A stretch of DNA of 59,950 nucleotides, filler included, from Sphacelaria rigidula (lineage: Eukaryota), in the NCBI GenBank assembly GCA_964200075.2. It is 5 parts of 5 records of this genome, joined end to end, with 100 filler letters (N's around TTAATTAATTAA, not from the genome) between each part and the next. Parts side by side here need not be neighbours in the genome. Positions count along the whole stretch, not along the records: positions 48,042 to 59,950 come from CAXNAA020004349.1; 4 more parts are not named here. One strand, 5' to 3'. The first letter of the stretch is position 1; the number at the start of each line of letters is the position of its first letter. The position numbers and the translations under genes are program-made. The notes beneath the pieces were generated by a model, which saw only the letters and a program-made list of their open reading frames with translations, was not told where the DNA came from and searched no databases. Below are positions 50,050-59,950 of the stretch, piece after piece.

Positions 50050-50349
50050 TCGGGTCGGTGGTCTATCGGGGGTACCGACGGCTTGCAAGAGCGGGGGTTG
50101 GCAGGTTCGAATCCCGACATCTACAATCTCCCTGAGAATAATGTCGTTTCTGTCGCTGAAGGTGTCCTACAGTAGCAAAAAAAAATCGGCGAAAGTTCAC
50201 AGAGTACGGAAGTGGTCATCATCCAATCCCCGATGTACGAAAAAATGCCATGCGAATTACAAATGACAAGAGGGAGATGAGATGATTCCTCCGGAGACTA
50301 CGGACTCACCCCGAGGAAGGGCAGGGGTTTGATGTGCGACAAAAAAAAA
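50050..50349 (+). mobile_element. tRNA-derived SINE, type 3
   Basis: A-box TGGTCTATCGG, CTTGCAA anticodon-loop-like remnant, B-box GGTTCGAATCC. The 3' end GGACTCACCCCGAGGAAGGG...GTGCGAC(A)n is shared with type 2. Confidence 0.7.
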
Positions 50350-50659
50350 TGAAGGAGTCAACGTCGTTCTCAGCAATAGCGCAGCATTTTCGCCGAGGGA
50401 TATGAGCCGAATACAGAGTGTGCGACCCCCGGCTGATATTCCGAAAATCCATCACCCGAGATGAGTAATCAGGGGGGAGGGCGGGGGATAACGCGACACA
50501 CTCCGTGCCTCGATAAAGTACTGGAGGCACTGTGCTTGCCCCCATACCGTCAGTATTGGTATGGTACCAATAATAGCCGAAAATGGATCACCCGGGGACG
50601 TTATTGAGGGGGTGGTATACAACGCGCGGGTGGTATCATCGTATCTTGAGATATCTTAC

Positions 50660-50747
50660 CGGCAACCGTAGTTCCCGCCTGCGCCAGCAGCACGGCGCCG
50701 TAGGCAAGCGAAGCGCTGTCCGGCTTGGAGCCCAAGGACATCCCCGT
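50660..50747 (-). CDS. Hsp70-family exon (88 nt)
   Basis: ttcgaacag|ACG...GCC G|gtaaga encodes TGMSLGSKPDSASLAYGAVLLAQAGTTVA. Confidence 0.75.
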
Positions 50748-52204
50748 CTGTTCGAATACACGCAGCAAGGGGGATAATTTTCACACGGTGCAGGGGCTAG
50801 GTTTTAGTTCCGTGTGCCCGCATAAAGTTTAGCTTAATTTCGGATTTTTGAGTCTAAATAGGCCTGTTTAGCGCAAAGCTTATAATCGGCTAAATACGCT
50901 CGAAACGAGCTTAACTTGCTTAAGACGCGCATAAACACGCATAAGACGCGCATAAAGTTGCGATATTGTTTAGCTCGCAAGTGCTCCATGTGGCGTAACT
51001 CGTCACCAGACAGGCCGACAGGCGTCAGGCTTCAGGCTCCGACACTCAATACTTGAAATTTCCATGGTCATGTTTCGCGTTCCTATTTTCTTGCGGGTCC
51101 GATGAGCAGACTGCTTCACTTTACATTCAATACACATGGTACTGTGTTGCTTTCAAAAATATAACAAGATACTGAATGAATTATACACTTGTACCTTGTA
51201 CTTTGTACAGCAGACAGCAGAAGTAACAGCAGCAGCAACAGAGAGAAGTGTTAACGAGTGATCGCAGCGTTTGTAACTCACGAGGTCATGGCGGGCCTAC
51301 TGTCCGAGAAGGACGACTTTTTGGTCGCGGCCTCAGGCGCGCACTCGGAGTACGGTTTGCTGTCGTTTTGAGATAACAACAAGAACAGGCTTCCCAGTTG
51401 GTATCTCGTGGCGATAGATATGGTACTTATCCAGCCATCGTCCGCGTCTATGGAGCGAGTGCTTTCGATTTTGAGGGGATGCTTGAACTCCCGGCAGGAG
51501 AAAGCGTTGACCGGCTCGAATCCGCAGTTATGATGAAGTACAATCGGCACCGGTCGTTCGACAAGATATATAATTTCGACTGACGGTAGATGATGCGGGG
51601 GGGGGGGGGGAACCGGTACCTTTTTATTTTCCCGGGGGGGGCCCCAAGGGCGCCAAACCCCGTGTCTTGAGGCCACAACGCCNNNNNNNNNNGGTCGTGC
51701 GCTAAGTTATATAATTTCGACTGACGGTAGATGATGCGGGGGGGGGGGGTAGCTGGTACCTTGTATCTTGCCAGGCGAGAGCCCAAAGGCTGCAATACCC
51801 TGTGTCTAGAGGCTACAACGCCGTACTGCTGTATCAAGTATCGTACGTGTGTTGGCGTTTGTTGTTTCCGTACGTGGGTTGCGGTGTAGGTGTGCAAGTT
51901 GTGGTCTCCGAACTCAATAACTGAAGAAAAGCTTCATTTTTTTATTATGAAGAATCAACAAAAATTCGAATGCATAATCAACAAAACTTCGAATGCCCAA
52001 CTTGCCGTCTTGTCCTCATGCTAGAAGGCGCGCCTAGTGAGGGGATACTGCCACAACGCCACAACAAGGACAGGGATAAGACGCATAAAGCGCGCCTAAT
52101 TTGCGCTAAAAAAGCTTTAAAAAAAAATGGAGCTAAGTTTCAAGAAAAAACGTGCATACGGAACTAAAGCCTAGCAGGGGCGGTGTTCATCGATGACCAT
52201 ACGA

Positions 52205-52269
<65 letters not shown>

Positions 52270-55200
52270 AACGCAAACGGAGATATGGGTAATAAATACA
52301 GAGGGAGAGGGAAAGGGAGGGGAAGACAGAGAAGGAGGGGGAGGGGGGAGGGGGGAGAGAGAAAGAGGGAGCCCTCCACGCTTGCGCTTGTCGTCAGGGG
52401 GGGAACACGCTCCCTGCGTGTTCAGTGGACACCATTATTTTTTCCGTTATTTTGAGTTTTCTCCGGAGAGTCTTCCGTTTTCAATTAATTTGTTTTCACG
52501 TTGGGTAGGTCCATCTTATCTATTTATGCAGCTGGAGTCGTGGCTGGTCAGAAACAAATCGCCTCTCGAATGTCATCATCCAAGACCACCAGAGAAAAAA
52601 AAAAAAACTGGGATACATAGAGTACGTGTACGAGCTAAACGTCTCAGTGTTTCGCGTGCCCCGAAATTCCTGAAATGCGCTGTTTTTATTTTTTCGCCAA
52701 TGGATCCCACAAATACCCCGAGGTGCTTAGTACCGAAAAGTATTCCAACATAATTCTTGGTGGGCTCCGTCCCGGGCCTCAATACTGAAACCAACTTACC
52801 GTCTCCTATATTCAGTTCACTTATGTTCCAAAATATCTGCGAGTCTCGGAAATAGTTGCAGATATGAGATATCAGCGGGATTATATGAGAAATTCCTGCT
52901 GAATATATATGGAACCTGATGAATTCATACCGACAAATGGGCACGGATATACTGCAATGTAGTAACTGTTCTGGTGCTAGTCCAGAGAACGTTACCCCCA
53001 AGAAATGGATATCAATAACTAGCACTATACATAATACGTGGTATTGCACTAGTTCTCGGGCAAAGGTAACCGATCATTTACAGCGAAATGCGTATCTGTA
53101 CGATGGTACCCAAGATTGCTTTTGGTGTACTGCACTATACAATACGTTAGACCACGCTTTTACCCAGTGTCCGGAGCAAGCCGATGTGCTACAATATACA
53201 GTATACACAATTATACGAGCGTCTTAGTCTACTACGTCAATCTGTTCGAATTTTTCTGTTCCTTCTTTTGCTTCAGCGAGTGTATCAGTTGTGCCTTGTC
53301 TTGGGTACGTCTATCATGTCACCACGGCTGGATCCCTGGGGGGTCAGTTAACGTGCGATAATAAATCAAATCAATCCATCAAATCGAATCAATCGCGGGT
53401 ATCGACACTGTCCGAATAAATGACCACCACGATTTATTTTGGTCGTGGAATTTGTTTCACACCCGACAGGTGAAATGTATATCGTTGTTGTTGTTGTTGT
53501 TGTTGTTGTTGTCTTCACATTGAAAAAACCGTTCCGATATCTGCGCGGTACATTCGTACTGGGCATCTAATGCGAACGCCTTCCGTGGTCACAGGCTAGC
53601 TACCTATAACAAGGTTTGAGGAAATCAAACAAAGCCAAAAAAACAAAATAGACCCAAGTTATGCATACCCGCTATACGTTTCGGCAAAACAGGAAGCGGA
53701 TCATATACAATAAGTAACATGATTTCGGGTACTGTACGGAACAACGCAACGAGCGCCCAAAAATTGGAGGCGTCTCTTTCAGTTGTTGGAGCGATGGTCC
53801 GTCTTGAGAGGGATGCGTGATCAATGGCCGAGTGACTATTGTAAGGCAAGCAACAAATGAGTACGACCCCTCCTTCACACGTCTCGGAATATATTGCCCG
53901 GACTAGGCTTCTACTTATTATGCTAGCATAATTTGTGGCATAATTCCACCTTGATAGCATAAATAGCATAGCGTTTCAGCAAATAGCATAATCGAGCATA
54001 ATTTTTCACTGCAAGAGTGGGAAGAGGGTCTAAATGCTGGCCTGTTCTGATATTTTGGGCGAAAAACTCTGCTATCATTGACCACGGCTCTGAAATACGT
54101 GTATGCTCTGGAACTAGTCATTCAGACTGCCAGTCTGATCGATCGCAGGTCTGGAAAACGTCCACACGCGGCCATTTGGCTACCCCCCAAAATGCCTCCG
54201 GAGATATGCGCGGCCCCCCAGGAGCAAAACAAGCCTCCGGAGGCCTTCGATCCCTCTGGAGGAACCCAAACACTACCGGCCTGGAGAGCCGCGCACCCCT
54301 CCGGAGGAATTTGGGGATATGCGCAGCCCTCCAGAGGCAAAAACAAGCCTCCGGAGGCGTTTAAACCTCCTGGAGGAAACCAAAAATCTCCTCTGGAGGG
54401 CCGCGCACCCCTCCGGAGGCGTTCATTTCCTCTGGAGGCTCGAAAAGTTGACCGACCTGGAGGAATTTTGGGAGTAGCCGAATGGCCGCGTGTGTTTTCA
54501 TGACAGCACACAACGCAAAACAGAAACACGTACAATGTACTGCACAGTCTGTAGTACACAGCGCACGGAGTACAGCGCACAGCACGCAGCACAGCAGCAC
54601 AGCAGTACAGCAGCAGATCTTGGCTTCCCATTTTTTTATTGTATTTTGGTTTTGTACTTTCTCTGCCTACTTGATTCTTCTTATCTACTCCAGTATTTTT
54701 ACCAATTTCTACCCCTTTGCGTGTTTCCTTTTTTGCCCCTTGTTTCCTGGGTTGTACCCATCTTGCGACCTCGGCTGGATTCGAAGCGGCATCGGTTCAT
54801 GCGAGACAATCAGTCTAATAATCATTCATCAAATAAATGTCGGCTTCTCGTTTGTCGTTGTCGTCCTTGGACACGAGTTCCTCGACGTGGGACAGGCGAC
54901 GAATGAAGACATCATGCGATTTCGTGACTTGTCATTTTGAGTGTGGTGACGGGCTGCGTACAACGTACACTCATTGTTCCAGATTGTGATGGATATTCGA
55001 ATCAGCAGATTGCATGCCATATGTCTTGTCTATACGGCAGGTGGGGGGCGGCATATAGCACAAGATCTGGTACAGAGAGTGCGCGACGATATGCAATGAT
55101 GCACCGTGCACGACAACCGGAAAATACGGCATTCAATCGTACTGATGCAGGTATAGGTAGTACTTCGTATACATGAAGCATGTATACACAGTAGCAAGCC

Positions 55201-57518
55201 CTTTTTCGTGTAGATGCTTTGTTTGCTTTCCTTTACGGGCTGCTTGATTCAAGCGTACAGGTGGTATGCTTCTTCCACTCTCTGACCACGGGTTCGAGAG
55301 ATCGAGCTAATGTGACGAAGATAGTAACAGGAATAACTATCAGTGATCGGTGGGTCTGTATCCGGTCGAAAATAGGATCCTTAGTGGATATTACGAGCAT
55401 AATCGAGCATAAATTCCACGTTGCGAGCATAAATCGAGCATAATTATTTTGAAAATGCGAGCATAAATCGAGCATAAATTCTACTTTACGAGCATAACTT
55501 TTGGTGAGATTGATAGCATAAAATATCACCTTACTAGCATAGTGACTAAAAGCCTAGCCCGGACAACGCACGTACCCCCCCTGTGCGTTCCGAACCAATT
55601 TGATCGATCGATCGATTTATTGATTGATTGATTGATTGATTGTCGCACTTTAAATAACACCCCAGGGATCCAGCCGTGGTGACATGATCGACGTACCCAA
55701 GAAAAAACAGAACCGAAACACTCGCTGAAGAAAAAGAAGGAACAGAAGAGTTGGAACAGAACGACACAGTAGGCTAAGATAAAATAAAATAAAATAATAA
55801 AAAAATAGTAAAAAGTCAACAAAACAAAGCACAGCAAGAAATGGCCGATCTAAAACAAACACAAAAAAAGAAGGTTGTTCGGGCAGTATGCCTACCCGCT
55901 GTGTGCTCCAATGTATGTTCGGTCAATACCACCCACCTCTCGTGCATTACCAGACATATGTACACATTGGTTGCCCAACACATGGTTCGCAAGACGCACA
56001 CAATTTATTTTGCGGGAGCATGAAAGTATCGTCATATTTCAACGTATTCGTTCCATATTTACGTCTTAGTCTACCACAGCATGTCGTTCTGTTCGACTTT
56101 TTTTCTGTTCCTTCTTTTCTCTTCAGTGAGTGTTTCAATTTTGGTCAGTCTCGGGTACGTCCATCATGTCATCACGGCTGGATTCCTGGGGGGTCAGTTA
56201 AAGTGCGATGATCAATCAAATCAATCAATCAATCAGTCATATATTCATCGAAATCGTATTGATCAGTGTAGAGTCTCGAGAGTTTTGTCGCAGGTCAAGG
56301 AGAATCTCAACACCAACACCAGAGCGCTGTTTCCGCCCCCGCGTGTTAGTTGTCGTCCTCTGCTTCCGCCAACTTCTCGCCTACAGCAAGAAGCAGGTCG
56401 CCCTTACTATTCTCAGTGTCCGCTTCGTTTAGCTTTGTTGTCGTTGCATCTTTCCATCCGAAAAAAAATAAGAACAAAGGTGGCACCGACTGTAGGACAT
56501 GCATACATGCGCGCCTACGTGCAACACAAACACAGACCGCTAGAAAAGTTTAAAAAAAACAGAAAAGCGCTGGAAGCAAGCATGTGGTTTGCCGATACGC
56601 TGAGTTCTGTTTTCCCCATATTATTCGATTTATTGAGGTACATGGTTTTATTCGTTTATATTTTGTGTTTGTTTGCATCGCACCTGTGTGAATTTTCCTG
56701 GGTACAATTTTTATTTTTTGGTTTCATTTCACCCTATTTTGGGGGAAGTTAGCCTATGACTACGGAAGGCGTCCGCATCAGATGCCCAGTAAAGAGTACT
56801 GCACAGATATCGAAACGGTTTCAATGTGAAGACAACAATAACAACAAGACATGAATTGCCGCGGACCAACTGATTCGCTACATATTCAGTTTTTTTCACA
56901 AGGAAGACACGCGTAAAACAAGTACGCGGAAACTCTCGCCAGAGCAAGCTCGACAGAAAAGGGGTAACAAACAAAAGGAAATAAGGCGATGATAGGCGGG
57001 GCAAACGAGCACAGACACCAGGCTGAAAACCAACACCGGTCCCGAGAACATTCCTGACAGGTCCCCGCCAGGACTTCAGGTAAGGAGGCCGTACACAAGG
57101 CAGGGCTGTTGAAGCAGGTTACGACTCAGCCATCCGGAGAGCGCACCATCAGGCCCTACCTAGCTGCCAAGCGTCGACTGTGCGAAATTACACGATCGGG
57201 AGCACCCGCTGAGGGAAACTCGAGAGAGGAGAAAGGTAGATGAAAAGGGAAAGGAGAGCTGAAAAAATAGTGTCCGTGGAATAGATAAAATCGATACGTA
57301 TGAGGTCTCACCTCCTCCCTGACGGCAGCCTGCACCAAGGGCATCCTGCACCCGCCCCCCGAGGCCTGAGCTCCGGCGAGCGATCCAGGCTCCGTGGCGT
57401 TTGCTTCTGCGAGACATCCTCGGACCATGCCCTTCACGTGGCCAATTTCTTCCGCACACAGCGAAGATAGGTCGTCTCTAGTCATGGACAGGGGCACGTC
57501 CAGTCCGTCCACCAGGTT
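50660..57518 (-). CDS. Divergent Hsp70/Hsp110-family gene, two internal exons (end of nucleotide-binding domain)
   Basis: Exons 57518-57312 and 50747-50660 join in phase 0: NLVDGLDVPLSMTRDDLSSLC...SGGGCRMPLVQAAVREE|TGMSLGSKPDSASLAYGAVLLAQ. This matches the Hsp70 GGxxRxP and D-x-A-x-A-x-GA motifs. Confidence 0.8.
50798..52173 (+). mobile_element. Internally deleted hAT transposon
   Basis: Perfect 8-bp TSD GCAGGGGC (50790-50797, 52174-52181). TIRs TAGGTTTTAGTTCCGTGTGC / GCATACGGAACTAAAGCCTA. Carries a transposase C-terminal remnant. Confidence 0.92.
51282..51583 (+). pseudogene. hAT transposase C-terminal dimerisation-domain remnant
   Basis: LLSF*DNNKNRLPSWYLVAIDMVLIQPSSASMERVLSILRGCLNSRQE, frameshift, DRLESAVMMKYN. 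Matches hAT PxSSAxxERxFS. Confidence 0.8.
52208..52268 (+). repeat. (CA)n microsatellite
   Basis: Uninterrupted AC run. Confidence 0.95.
53228..53392 (+). mobile_element. Retroposon 3' fragment with (ATCA)n tail
   Basis: CATGTCACCACGGCTGGATCCCTGGGG...GTGCGA plus an AATC-rich tail. Further copies at ~54700-54837, 55610-55775 (-), 56082-56235, 57586-57650 (-) and 59290-59487. Confidence 0.75.
53904..55556. mobile_element. Non-autonomous hAT transposon with nested insertions
   Basis: Perfect 8-bp TSD GCCCGGAC (53896-53903, 55557-55564). TIRs TAGGCTTCTACTTATTATGCTAG / CTAGCATAGTGACTAAAAGCCTA. AGCATAA subterminal repeats at both ends. Confidence 0.9.
54163..54494. mobile_element. CAC-ended MITE nested in hAT
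   Basis: TIRs CACACGCGGCCATTTGGCTAC / GTAGCCGAATGGCCGCGTGTG. Inverted homolog of 12034-12389. Confidence 0.8.
55610..55775 (-). mobile_element. Retroposon 3' fragment with (ATCA)n tail
   Basis: Minus strand ...ACCACGGCTGGATCCCTGGGG...AAAGTGCGACAATCAATCAATC. Confidence 0.75.
56082..56235 (+). mobile_element. Retroposon 3' fragment with (ATCA)n tail
   Basis: Colinear with 53228-53392. Confidence 0.75.
57312..57518 (-). CDS. Hsp70-family exon (69 codons)
   Basis: caatcag|AAC...GAG|gtgaga. Contains DGLDVPLSMTRDDL and GGGCRMPLVQ. Confidence 0.85.
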
Positions 57519-59703
57519 CTGATTGATGAAGTACCACCGTGATAATGAAAAGCGAGAAATACAGGCGGAATCACAACATCTCATCAGTCATTGATTGATT
57601 GATTGATTGTCGCACATGACCTGATTCCGTAGGGATCCGTGGTGGTCACGAGATAAAAGGTAGCGTTCCCGGGGTGAATACGAGTACGAGCTGGGTCAGC
57701 CGACGGTGATTTTTTTTTATGAAGAATGGCGATGCGGTTGGTATTTCGGAGGGTTAGGCGCTGAAATTTTGACACGACATCTGTATCATCAACCCGCGCA
57801 ACCCTATTGGGGGCGCGGAGAGGGGAAACAAAAAAGGAGGAAGTTAGAGCGAGTTGAAGTTTCAGCAAAATTAGGTGCTATGACTATTTGAAAAAATGAT
57901 AAAAACGGCTGTACCCCCTACAATGTTGTGGGCACTCGCGTCCAGGACATCCTGATACAGTTTCGGCCAAAAATATCCCAAATTGGGCGCCGCATCGTAC
58001 TTTTCGTGTGACACGGCCGCGCCTGTTTGATCCAAGTGATACAGGAGACTCCAGTTATGGAGGTCATGAATTCGACTCCCAACATATTCTTTTTTTCGTC
58101 CGTCGCTAAGGTGATATACTATATATTATGGGGGTACATTTTTCTTCATTTTATATCCTTCATGCAGCGGCGTGTTACCAGGTTGGTCTGCAGTTCACAG
58201 CGGTAAGCTCAAGTCGGGCTAATTTGGGAAACTTGAGAAGTTTTGGTGTGGAAAGCGAATGCGAAATTTACTGTTGGCCTAGCTCGTATACAAAGCGGAA
58301 ACACGCGGTGAAGGAAACTTGAAAGAAACGGAACGAACGTAAACTGAACGGACATAAATACATATACATAAATATATTCTTAAACCTTCATGACTCGAAT
58401 TGAAATAAAAAATAAAAACATACGGCGAAAATTTCAACACCTGGCTTTTGCTGGGCTGCCTTTCAACTTCTGAGTCATCGCTGTTATACTATAATATCGG
58501 CCCGTCATTTTGAGCGTTGATTCTCTTGTATGCGTAGTCCTCACCGCCCCCGGCCTTCGGCAAAAGAGTTTTGCGTTTCATGTAGGCTTCATGTAAACAG
58601 GGCCAAGTAAGATATTCCAAGGGTCAGACGAAGCATAGCTGGTTCGAATCGCCCAGTCTCTACCATTTCCGACGGGTTGATCACTGGAAAGAGAGAAGAA
58701 CGTTGACCGCGGGCCAGAATAATCCTCACGCAGATTTTGCGCTATTCCACATGTCTGGGGGTGCGCGTACCCTAACGTGGAGCGCAACGATGAAAATGAA
58801 GCACAAGGGTTGGTTGATTCGTACGGTACGAATCAGTTACACTAAAATCAAGTAGTATCCAGACGAACCAATAGTCCATCCGACCATTGAAATATTGGTG
58901 AACATGGTAAATGGTGTGCTGTGCTGTAATCAGCCGGCTGGCGGGTACGGTCATGGCGTGTGGGGTCTGTCTCTCTGTTGTGGTACAGTGCAGCGAAGGA
59001 TCATAGTACACGATGGTGCAAAGTGAAGCAGCTACAATATACCATTCCGTGGCGAACAGCGTGTTTGCGTGTAATGTCGTGCACAATAGTGCATGAACAC
59101 AATCGGTGCTGCTTTACCTCACAGTCTTTTTCTTCAGCAGGTCGGGGGTGCTACATCTGTCTCGGTGTCATTTCTTCGTCCCTTTATTCCTTCCTTCCTT
59201 CCTTCCCTCCTTTTCCCCTCTTCTTCTTTCTTCCTCCTTGTTGTTTTTGCGTATGTGTGTGTGGGAATGTGCGTTTTTGTTTCTATTTTTGTTCTGCTTC
59301 TCTTGCTTCACTTTACTCTGTTCTCTCTGTCTTCCCTTTTCTCTTTTACTCGAGCTTGTTTCAGCGAGTCCTTGCCGTTATTTATGCACCTTGGAAACGC
59401 TGCGTCCATCGTGTGACCACGACTGAATGATGACTCCTGGTGTAGAGTGATCATTCAATGTGCGCCTCTCAATCAATCAATCAATCAGTGAATAGTATTT
59501 GTACACAATAGTGTATATTTATGTGATGCAGCGCTGTACATCATCACTGTGGACAATTTGAGAGTGGTCGAAACAGACTTGCGAGAGCCTTCACCTGGAG
59601 CGCTTGAGAAGTCTGTGAAGTTCGTTAGCATGGAAATTGATGATGGCGTTCAGTCATATAAATGTGACCACGGAATCTCGAGAGATCGGACTAAAGTGCG
59701 GAA

Positions 59704-59950
59704 ATAACAATAATAACAATAACAATAACAATAACAATAACAATAACAATAACAATAACAATAACAATAACAATAACAATAACAATAACAATGACAATGA
59801 CAATGACAATGACAATGACAATGACAATAACAATAACAATAACAATAACAATAACAATAACAATAACAATAACAATAACAATAACAATAACAATAACAAT
59901 AACAATAACAATAACAATAACAATAACAATAACAATAACAATAACAATAA
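59704..59950 (+). repeat. (AACAAT)n hexanucleotide microsatellite
   Basis: About 41 units running to the contig end, with an internal block of GACAAT variants at ~59793-59828. Confidence 0.97.

Noticed and set aside
51568-51822. Duplication on both sides of the 10-N gap inside the hAT
   Set aside because: Flanks a gap after a G homopolymer; probably overlapping contig ends or degraded base calls.
59654-59947. Poly-Leu ORF, and the TH/VC-repeat ORFs at 879-1451 and 52183-52753
   Set aside because: Translations of microsatellites.

Overview
Eukaryotic nuclear DNA, most likely a brown alga (Phaeophyceae). That assignment is inferred from the intron-rich genes with long introns and from the repeat types. 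The window is not one locus. It is five unrelated contigs (11912, 11910, 11910, 11909 and 11909 nt, in descending length order) joined by 100-nt spacers (44 N + TTAATTAATTAA + 44 N). Two host genes can be supported, both on the minus strand and both partial. (1) A 5'-truncated organellar-type translation initiation factor 3 (24677-33801, six exons), whose IF3 domains are followed by a ~800-aa low-complexity tail with six F-[AS]-x-x-F motifs. (2) Two exons of a divergent Hsp70/Hsp110-family gene (57312-57518, 50660-50747) separated by a 6.56-kb intron full of transposons. Weaker calls are a decayed DUF3533/SNG1-like membrane-protein pseudogene, a decayed RING-CH finger and an orphan first exon. 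The rest is mostly repeats: RTE-clade LINE remnants, three tRNA-derived SINE types, two hAT elements with perfect 8-bp target-site duplications (TSDs), 84-102-bp TTAA-flanked piggyBac-type MITEs sharing a conserved core, CAC-ended MITEs, retroelement 3' ends abutting poly-C tracts, and microsatellites. No rRNA, intact tRNA or CRISPR array was found. Family assignments come from motif recognition only; no database search was run.
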